NCBI GenBank assembly: GCA_012862495.1
Contig: BLSG01000289.1
Coordinates: 12,667-55,131 of the forward strand
Reading direction: 5' to 3'
Origin: Thraustochytrium aureum
Lineage: Eukaryota
DNA length: 42,465 nucleotides
Shown here: one piece after another, positions 31,823 to 40,380 of the stretch
Layout of the letters: the number at the start of each line of letters is the position of its first letter
Numbering within the stretch: the stretch's first letter is position 1
Notes under the pieces: model-generated
What the model was told of the DNA's origin: nothing
Seen by the model: the letters and a program-made list of their open reading frames with translations, nothing else
The model's database searches: none
Position numbers and translations under genes: made by a program

Positions 31823-31858
31823 ATTCAGCCGGGGGATGGGATTCAGCCGGGGGATGGG
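31823..31858 (+). repeat. Exact 18-bp direct repeat ATTCAGCCGGGGGATGGG x2 (G-quadruplex-capable)
   Basis: Copies at 31823-31840 and 31841-31858, giving four G-tracts. Confidence 0.9.
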
Positions 31859-32245
31859 ATATCGTGCTATCTTGGCCAAAACAATTTGGTACGCCTTGGG
31901 TCCGGTGGCCCAGCAGTTCCGCAACTTTGCTTTGAAAGTCCACGCAGCGCGCACCACATCGTTCGAGTTTTACGCGATTGGTCGCTACTGCTCTTCATTT
32001 CCCCGCGCTGCTTTGCCGGGCGCACTCGACCCTGCACTTTTTCCCGGCACTGTGCCTACCCTGTGCTTGACCGATGGGGGTTAGACCCCGTGCCTCTGCG
32101 CGACCCTCTGCCGCAGCGGGCCTCGACGCTTCGCGGAAGCGGCAAGCCCGTCGTGCTGTCGCTGGTAGCGCTCGCCAGGGAGGTCGTGCGAAGGCAGCGG
32201 GTTCAGCTGCCACAGGTACTGTTCGGCTGCGAGGAAGCGCCACCC

Positions 32246-33711
32246 ATGCCAAAAAGCCGTCACCAGCGGAGGGACGGGCACCCGCCGAGGATGACGTACA
32301 GGTGCTTTACCGAACTGTCGGCACTGCACCGACATAGGCACAGCGAATGGGGCGCTTGTCGAGTCAACNNNNNNNNNNNNNNNNNNNNNNNNNNNNNNNN
32401 NNNNNNNNNNNNNNNNNNNNNNNNNNNNNNNNNNNNNNNNNNNNNNNNNNNNNNNNNNNNNNNNNNNNNNNNNNNNNNNNNNNNNNNNNNNNNNNNNNNN
32501 NNNNNNNNNNNNNNNNNNNNNNNNNNNNNNNNNNNNNNNNNNNNNNNNNNNNNNNNNNNNNNNNNNNNNNNNNNNNCGGATGGGCCGTGGTGACGAGAAT
32601 GGGTGGCAAGGAGCCTGCGCCGCCCGACCTGCTTTTGCACCACGGGCTAGCGCGCGCAGGGGACCTTGCGGCGAGCGCGGCGCGCTGTAGGCGCTTCTAC
32701 ACCACGCAGACCGACCTGGCTTGCCTCTGGTGCTGCCACAGGTTTGATACCTTCCCGTTGCCGCTGCCACGCGTCGTGCGCCATACGCGAGCACCGGGCC
32801 TCGGGTTGCCTGTGCCACGCGGCGACCAGCAGCCCAGCAGGCGCTACGTGTTTGAGGTAAGCGGCCAGTACTGCTCGCCCGCATGCTTGCTGGCCGCCGC
32901 AAGAGAGCGCGGGCTGCAGCCCGTCACTGAGCGAATGCTGCGCACCGTGTACGGGCTTGGCGCCCGCCAAGCACCAGGCGAGCGGCGGCTGGTGCCGTTG
33001 CAGCCAGCCCTCGACCGAAGGAACCTTAGAATGTTCGGCGGATCGCTCACCATCGAACAGTTCCGTGCGATCGGCGAACGGAGCGTGCGCGCAACGCCGG
33101 TGAGCATGCCCTTTGTGGGCTCGCTCGAGGGCGACGCGCTAGTGGACCTGGACGAGGACCTGCGCGGGCCCGCGAGGCCGACTGTTTGGCGAACCGCCAT
33201 CGCCGAACAGAGGCGCGTCCCGGGCCCGCTGGGGGCCAGGCAAGGAAGGGAATGGCGCGTGGGAAGCGGTCCGCCGCGCTTGCCGGTCTTCAGCGCGCCG
33301 AGCAACGACCTGCGCATGAGCCGGCGGGCTATGCGCGCACAAGGCATGCGCGAGCGGCTCCGCGCGAACGCGGCCGCAAGCGGCGGCGAGCTGGATAGGC
33401 GGTCGGCGAACCTGTCTCCCAGCCCGCCGCGAGCGGCGACAGGCAGCGAGGGCGTGCGAAGTCTGGCTGAGCAGATCGCCGAGGCAGAGGCGTCCGCGCG
33501 CGATGAAGAGGCCGCGTTCCGCGCGGTGGGCATCCTGCCCAGCGATGATGCTGAGGGGGGTTCCTCTGGCGAACAACAGGGCCACGTGGCATCATTAACC
33601 ACGTCGCCGCCGATCGCGCCGCAGCGCACATCGGGGAGCACGGCTCGCCGCACGCTCATGCACTTTCTGCGCGTCAAGGGTGAGCCGCGCGACGGGACGG
33701 GCAACGCCTAA
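32246..33711 (+). CDS. Viral late transcription factor 2 (VLTF2, poxvirus A1-like)
   Basis: CLWCCHRFDTFPLPLP, GQYCSPAC and PALDRRNLRMFGGSLTIEQFR. The start at 32246 lies before the gap at 32369-32576 and is tentative. Confidence 0.88.
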
Positions 33712-33832
33712 CATAGCCCCGACATTGACGGGAAACGAATTTGAAGTTTTTTCAAACATGAAATACTCCATCAGGCACGTGCATTGCAAAACCAAAAAAT
33801 AAAAAGAATTTCATTCTCCCAGTCTACCAGGA

Positions 33833-34363
33833 TTAACGTCTGCGTTTGGGATTGGGCGACAAAGCAATCATTTGCCTTTTAAACACACCCAGTGCCTCTT
33901 TCAGATCAGTCCCCGGTTGCCACAGCTTCGCTTTCATATCAACAAATTCCTTTTTCAATTCATAGCCGCGCGCTTTCGCCATGGTTTCAATTGCATCGAC
34001 GATGTTGTTGATTTCTCGTCTGTAAGAATCCATTAACATTTCTCTTCGTGCCTTTTGACTGGACATGACCATGCCAACCCTGAGTCCAGTCTTCCGTGCG
34101 GCTGCCAGTCTCGCCCGACGCAGCAACATGGCATTGGTGAAGACCGCTATAATCAGAGTTGCGAGTGTGCTCGCGGCAGCGCCCAACTTCACAACATTCA
34201 ACTCGCGCGTCTTCGTCCAGTCGTATACAGTCAGTGCAGCGAGAACCATGGTTACTAAAATCGCTCCAACAATGAACAACAGGTGCGGCGTGGCAAAGTA
34301 CAAAGCCGAGAACATTACACCCAGCCCGCCAAGCGCGCCTACAACAACATTTATGGTATCCAT
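33833..34363 (-). CDS. 3-TM membrane protein with a helical basic tail
   Basis: VVVGALGGLGVMFSALYF, LLFIVGAILVTMVLAALTVY and LGAAASTLATLIIAVF. Ends PKRRR and starts at CAAATG. Confidence 0.75.
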   Translation of the reverse strand: MDTINVVVGALGGLGVMFSALYFATPHLLFIVGAILVTMVLAALTVYDWTKTRELNVVKLGAAASTLATLIIAVFTNAMLLRRARLAAARKTGLRVGMVMSSQKARREMLMDSYRREINNIVDAIETMAKARGYELKKEFVDMKAKLWQPGTDLKEALGVFKRQMIALSPNPKRRR

Positions 34364-34470
34364 TTGAGCAAGTCGCGCTCAGTCGCCACGCGCCCTAACT
34401 TGTCCAAACCCCGTACGAGACACGTGGATGCAACGCGAAAAAAAACACCTCATTTGCACTCAATTGAAAA

Positions 34471-35368
34471 CTACGACTTCTTTTGCTTCCCTTTACTGCT
34501 TGCCCCGGGCTTGTCGCTCTTGCCGCTTCGAAACGCGTAAACGAGCCCGCCCAGCAAGAGAAGTGCGACCGCACCGCCGGCGATGCCGAGCGTTGTCTTC
34601 TCTACCTCAAAGCTGCCGATCATCACCGTGCTGCCACTTGCCGCGCTGGTGCCTTTGCAGCGGCCCCACCGCAACCCCGTTGTTGGTGTTTTTCAACGAT
34701 AGGTTTGGCGACCCTGCGCTGCCACCGCTGCTACCGCCGCTGCTTCCGCCGCCACCACCACCACTGCTGCCGCTGCTGCCACCGCTAGTAGGGCCGCTGG
34801 TTACAGTGCCGCCTGCAGGGCCAGTGGTCGCAGAGCCACCCGCGCCTCCGCCGCCAGCGGGTGGTGCCGTGGACTTGGGAGACACGACGACCTTGGCGCG
34901 GTAAACGTTCGTGGCGTGCTTGTCATAGGGCACGCAAGCCATAATCACGCGAATCTTACGCCCGGTGAGGCCCGAAAAGTACATAGGATGCGTTGTGGCG
35001 TCGATGGTGCGCTTGTAGGTCTTCTTTCCGCGGTCCAGCCACACGCTGGTGTGCACGTTTAGCAGCGAGCCGGGCACGGGCTTGCCCGCGGCGTCGACAA
35101 TGTCGACCTGCACGCGGCTGTTCGCGGTGCCCCAGCCTTGGTCGTTCGCGTCGACCTCCACGCGCACCGCGCTGGCCTCCGCGAACTGCAGCGGCGGCGT
35201 CTCGGTGTAGAGCTTCTCCAGCAACCATCCAGGGTAGTCCTTGAGCAGCCCCGCGCCGCCTGCATCGGCCTCGGACTCATGGAGCGAGCCGTGGGTCTTT
35301 ACCTCGTGCACAAGGTCGCCCCCAGCCACCTGGCGCTCGCGAGCCACCCCTCTCGTTACGTTGCCCAT
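34471..35368 (-). CDS. DQGWG-motif beta-sandwich protein with a Gly/Ser linker and C-terminal TM anchor (frameshift near 34660)
   Basis: VRVEVDANDQGWGTANSRVQVDI, then a GGSSGSSGGGGGG linker. The shifted frame supplies the TM TLGIAGGAVALLLLGGLVYAF and a basic tail. The protein starts MG. Confidence 0.75.
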
Positions 35369-35462
35369 TCTGTTCTGTGCCCCGCGCTACTGCTGCTGAT
35401 CTTGAGCGTGTCCTCTCTCGACAGGTCGCTTGCGCGGGTCTGTTGCAGAGAAAAATAAAGCA

Positions 35463-36323
35463 CTACGTGATGTCAATGCGAAGCCGACCGTCGGCGAGAA
35501 TGTGCGAGTCGCCGCTCCCTGCTGTCGCGCTGATCGGCGTGCGTGTTGGTCTTTCAATTGTTGCAGTTGCTGCTGCTGCTGCTGTTGCCGCTGCTGCCGC
35601 TGCCGAAGCTGCATTGAATGCCGTTGAACCTGCGAGGAGGGAGTGGTTCGCATCTGTAGAATGCCGCGCGTAGAGCGCGTCGACAGGCCTGGGCTGAAGC
35701 CGTGGTCGGGGCGCCTCCCGGGGCGCAGCGGGCGGCGGCGGGCCCTTTCTAGCAGTGCCGTGCGTTGGGGCCCGTGAGGAAGATGCTCGCGGTGCACCGC
35801 CCGACGCCGCAGCGTAGAGCATCGCCGCCGTACGCCGCTGTGCCAGCTCCTTGGGCACGGGAGTCGGCGGCCCGAGCAGGGCGGATCGCGCCGACGCCGC
35901 CGCCCGCTGCGCCGACCGCTGCGTGGCTGGATCCGCCGCAGACATATGGTCCCAGGTCACGTAGAGCGTGGCAAAGTCGCGCCGGTCGTGCCGCGCCTCG
36001 TAACCCGCCGCTTCAAGCGCATCGTGCAGGCGAACCGCCGCCGCGGGCCGGTCCACGATCGTGCCACCGTAAACCCAGTGTGGCACCACAAAGCTCACAC
36101 CGCTCCGCCCCAGTCGAGACGCCTCCTCAATGGCGGCGTTCAGCTGGCGCGTGATGCGGGCATGGTTTGCGTCGTCTACCGATCGCAGCGACGCCTCGCG
36201 CGCGTTTCGAGTGGCAACGAAAGCCGACGATGCGTGGAGAACTTCACAATCCGCACCCGTTGGCCCCTTGGCCGCCGCCGCGGGGCCTCTTGCACTTGCT
36301 GCGTTGCGCTGCGCGCGCGGCAT
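35463..36323 (-). CDS. Conserved NCLDV protein (DUF5759-like) with an Ala-rich tail
   Basis: FVVPHWVYGGTIVD...LEAAGYEA...LYVTW matches the recalled family pattern F.VP....G...YD...L...GF.V...L.ISW. Confidence 0.7.
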   Translation of the reverse strand: MPRAQRNAASARGPAAAAKGPTGADCEVLHASSAFVATRNAREASLRSVDDANHARITRQLNAAIEEASRLGRSGVSFVVPHWVYGGTIVDRPAAAVRLHDALEAAGYEARHDRRDFATLYVTWDHMSAADPATQRSAQRAAASARSALLGPPTPVPKELAQRRTAAMLYAAASGGAPRASSSRAPTHGTARKGPPPPAAPREAPRPRLQPRPVDALYARHSTDANHSLLAGSTAFNAASAAAAAATAAAAATATIERPTRTPISATAGSGDSHILADGRLRIDIT

Positions 36324-36413
36324 TGGACGGATACCGCCCCGACGGTCTGCGTGTGGGTGCGGGAAAAAAAATGCTGTTCCAAAGCTTTGGTGAGCGGAAC
36401 GAGCGCACACAAA

Positions 36414-37801
36414 ATGGCCGGAACGCATGAGCCAGGCACACCGCATGGCGCTCCGAGCGGCCCGAGCGACGGCGAGGCTGTGATGCTCGCGGCGAGCGGT
36501 GCGCCTAAAATCGGTTGCCCGGGAGGCAGCGGCCCCGGCGGGCTGCCCGACCCCGGCGAGTTTGAAAAACTGCGCATACCCGAGCGCGTCATATCGGTCT
36601 CTGAGGATAAATTCCTCGTAGCGGCAGAGCGTCTCCGCGGCGCCGGGTTCACCGCCGCCACGTGGTTCCCAGCTGTGCGCGGAGAAGATGTCAGGGCCCG
36701 CGTAGCCAACGACAGAACACTCGTGTCGCTCCGCGCTGCGATGGAGGCCCCGTGTCCGACTTCCGCGAGGCGCATACCTCCCTAACCACGCCGAATGCCG
36801 TTGGGTGCTACCTCTCGCACACGACGCTCTGGGAGGAGGCGGCGGCGTCGCGTTACGGGTTGTTCATTTTCGAGGACGACGCGGTTCCCGACGTCGGCCC
36901 CGAGCTGCGCCGCCGAGTCATGGCCACGNNNNNNNNNNNNNNNNNNNNNNNNNNNNNNNNNNNNNNNNNNNNNNNNNNNNNNNNNNNNNNNNNNNNNNNN
37001 NNNNNNNNNNNNNNNNNNNNNNNNNNNNNNNNNNNNNNNNNNNNNNNNNNNNNNNNNNNNNNNNNNNNNNNNNNNNNNNNNNNNNNNNNNNNNNNNNNNN
37101 NNNNNNNNNNNNNNNNNNNNNNNNNNNNNNNNNNNNNNNNNNNNNNNNNNNNNNNNNNNNNNNNNNNNNNNNNNNNNNNCTGCGCGGGCTGGCGGAGCGC
37201 GACGGCGGCAATCTGCCGGACATGCTATACATCGGTAACATGGGTCGAGACGTACGAGCTTAACGCTTTCAACGACGGGGCCCCCGTCGGTGGAGAGTTG
37301 GGCATGTCGCTGTCGCTGGTCAGCGGCGTCGTTTACGGTCTGCAGGCGTACTACCTGAGCCCGGCTGGCGCGGCGAAGCTGCTGAAAACGGCGTTCCCAA
37401 TCGATGTGCAGCTGGATTCGTACATCGGCTACATTGCCATGGCCACGCTGGCCAAGCAGCGGGCGGCGCGCGAGAGCGATGGGCAAGGGGACATGCCGCC
37501 GTCCGGATCGCTTGAGGGCACGGGGCTTTTCGACGCCGGCGACCTCGCTGTGCAGAATGGCCGCGTGGTAAACGTCGCGTCCTTCACCGCGTACGAGGTG
37601 GTGCCTTCGGCGGTGGGGCAGTTCAACCCGAACACATCCATTCAGACAAAGCCTGTCGGGAGTAGTAACCTGACGAAAAGCGGCATGAGCGCCGGGACCA
37701 AGGCAGCGGTGGGTGCGCTCAGTGTGGTCCTGCTCGCAGTTGTAGGGTTGTTCGTGCATGATGTGCGCGCGTTGAGGCGTGCCGTTCGCCGCGAGCACTG
37801 A
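36414..37801 (+). CDS. Glycosyltransferase family 25 with a C-terminal TM anchor; frameshifts near 36746 and 37243
   Basis: WFPAVRG, GCYLSHTTLW, IFEDDA, DMLYIG and YGLQAYYLSPAGAAKLL..PIDVQLD. TM AAVGALSVVLLAVVGLFV. Starts at CAAAATG. Confidence 0.85.
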
Positions 37802-37897
37802 ACAATGAGTGTCTGGAGATGTTGCTTCTTTCAGAACAGCATTTTTGTTGGGTTGTTTTTTTTCTTTAGACTTTTGGCAAATCGCGCTTTTTTCACA

Positions 37898-38284
37898 ATG
37901 GATAAGAAGAAGAAGCAAGAGCAAAAGCCAAAAACAACCCGACAGTCAAGTAGATACCATAAATATGAAACCCATGGTAAAACCCCGGCGGAAAAGCTGG
38001 AAGTTTACAATCAGCGGCTTCTAGAATTAAAAAAGGGTATTGAAGAGTTGGGAAGAATGGTGACAAGCAATCCTGATTTGGAAGCACGTCGTCAATCAAT
38101 GTTGGAGAGTGAAAAGCGAGTTTTAAAAAAACAAGCTTATCTACAACGCCAAAGTTTAAAACAAGCTGAACAAGATGCTAGTGAAGCTCTTCAAACACTG
38201 AAAAAGTATTACAAAACAGCGAAGAAAGCTGTTGAGACCAAAGAAGCCACGTTGAAGCGCATCAGCTCAAAAAAAAAGAAGTAG
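37898..38284 (+). CDS. Small Lys-rich coiled-coil protein
   Basis: MDKKKKQEQK...SSKKKK with heptad-like helices. Codons are A/T-ending, unlike the flanking genes. Confidence 0.7.
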   Translation: MDKKKKQEQKPKTTRQSSRYHKYETHGKTPAEKLEVYNQRLLELKKGIEELGRMVTSNPDLEARRQSMLESEKRVLKKQAYLQRQSLKQAEQDASEALQTLKKYYKTAKKAVETKEATLKRISSKKKK

Positions 38285-38344
38285 CTCATCTTTAGAATAA
38301 AACGTACATTCGCTTTTCAACATTCGCTGTTCGTTCTTTTAGGG

Positions 38345-40071
38345 TTAGGGCACTACGTCCGTCGTGGCGATGAACTCCCACCCGAGCTCGGCGCAGATGC
38401 GGCGCCAAATAGCGTCGCTGTCCACGATCTTGGTGTTGCTGAGCAGCAGGCGTAGGCGCGGAAGGAACTCGACGAGGCCCAGCAGCTCGCAGCACTTGAA
38501 GATGAAGTAGTTGTAGCTGAGGAAGTTGCGCCGCCGGAAGTGCGCCTTGGCGCGCTCGAAGGGCGCCTGCACCTCCTCGAACATCTGCATGATCGCGTCG
38601 CGCTGCGCGTCGCTCAGGTGCGTGGGGCTGCGCCCGCTGAGGAGCCAGCAGATCTTGTTCACGTTCTCGTACAGGCTGGGCAGCCGCCGCTCCTTGAGCA
38701 TGGTACGGACCAGCTCGGGCGTTACGCGCTCGGGCTGCGCCTCGGGGTTGATGCCCAGCTTCTTGAGCCCGCGCAGCAGGTCGAGGCGCACGCTCTCGGG
38801 CACGACCGTCTTCTCCAGGCCCGAGAGCCGCGTCAGGGACTCCTTCAGGTGCGAGATGCGCTTGTACTTGCAGCGCGCGTCGACGCTCTGCATGGCCTGC
38901 GACTCGTCGAAGGTGACCTTCATGGTGGTGCGCCCGTGCACGACCAGGCCGCAGCCGCGGCAGACGGCCTCGCTGGTGCGCGAGTCCACGCCTACAGTGC
39001 CCTGAGCGCCGCACCCCGGGCAGGCGCGCGAGACCGTGCCGTCGCTGAAGTGGATGACCACCTCGCCCGTCTCGTCCACGCTGGCCGCCGCCGCGAGGGA
39101 ACTGGTGCCTGCTGCGGCGGCTCCTTTCGGTGCAAAGGCCCTGGGCGGCGCCGGGGGCGGCGCAGGCGCGAGCTGGGCGGCGCTGGCGCTGCCTCCCTCC
39201 AAGTAGGCCGGTACCTCAACCTCCTCGGTGGCCTGTGCGCCGACCTCGCAGAAAGCGCGTGCGAAAAAGCGCCTGGCGTTTCGCTCGCGCGACTCGCGCC
39301 GCAGCGGGTAGTGCGCCATGAGCGTTCCGCGGCGAAAGGCATTGATCGCGTCGCCCTCCTGCGCGATTCGCGCCAGCACAAGGTCCTCGGCAGTGCGGAG
39401 GTTCAGCACGTTCATGGCCAGCGTGTCCCGCAGCTCCTGCGCCCGCGCGGCCACGCGCTGCAGCGGGGCCCGCTGGGCGAGCGGAACGGCGCGAACGCGT
39501 GCGCTGAGCTCGTCGGTAACTGTCACGAAGGCGCGCTCCGCAGCGGACGCGGCCTCCCATGCCGAGCCGGGCGACGCCGACTCGAGCGCTTTGGCGACCC
39601 GTTCGGCCGCCGCAGCCACCACTGCTGATCGATCCTCGCCCCAGGAACCTTCGCCAGACGCGGTCTGCGACGCGGTCTGCCACGCTGTAGCCCAGGCCTG
39701 CGCGAGGAAGCGCACCTCCTGCGCGAGCGTCGTCGGTTGTGGTTGCTTGGCGGGCACTGCAACCGCGGTGGCAGCAGCAGCGACCTTGGCTCGCTTCGCC
39801 GAAGCGGCACGCGAACGGGGCGCCCTGCGCCACCTGCAGCGTTGCCACCCCGTTGCTCTCGACGCGCGGGCGCTCGCTTCCGCCGCCCACTCGGCGGCCC
39901 GTTTGGCAGAGGTGGGCGGGCCCGCGGGCCCCCGTTCCGCGCGTTCCGAGGCTGGCTGGCGTTGAAGACGGTGCGCAGCTGCTTGCGCACGCTGATGAAC
40001 TCGCGCGCGTGGTCCATGGCGCGGACCTGCTTGGAGAGCAGCTCCCGCGTGGTCGGCACGGGGCCGCTCAT
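38345..40071 (-). CDS. Viral late transcription factor 3 (VLTF3, poxvirus A2-like); frameshift near 39930-39960
   Basis: Zinc ribbon CPGC...CRGC, then YKRISHLKESL, LYENVNKI, FEEVQAPF, RRNFLSYNYFIFKCCELLG and IWRRICAELGWEF. The N-terminus MSGPVPTT is in another frame. Confidence 0.93.
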
Positions 40072-40380
40072 GGTGGTCGCTCACTCCCCTAGACCACGGT
40101 TTAAACCAAGCCTGCTCGTGGCGCCGTCGCTGCAGTGACGGGCGCTGACCGACCAATCGAGCAACCGATCGCGGTTTGAAACTTCGAATCTGCCTGTGAA
40201 CAGTCTGCATTTTTTGAAAGTGACAAAACAATCGTCGGACGGAGAGCGGTGAATACCAGCGCGTGACCACGCCCCACGCGCAAGGTGTTTGTGCGGCGAC
40301 ACAAGCCGGACAATGACAGTGGTGCTGGCGAAGCGACTCTGCTTTCGTTTCGGTTAAGTACTGTCGATTCAGCGCACGCT

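Noticed and set aside
35565..35605. Poly-Gln or poly-Cys ORFs from the GCT repeat
   Set aside because: The repeat encodes the poly-Ala tail of the 35463-36323 gene. The other frames are by-products.
3805..39960. Programmed ribosomal frameshifting as a shared system
   Set aside because: There is no common slippery sequence, both shift directions occur, and the sites are short G/C runs consistent with sequencing error.
38292..39965. Overlapping ORFs within VLTF3
   Set aside because: They are alternative frames with Arg/Ala-rich noise typical of high GC.
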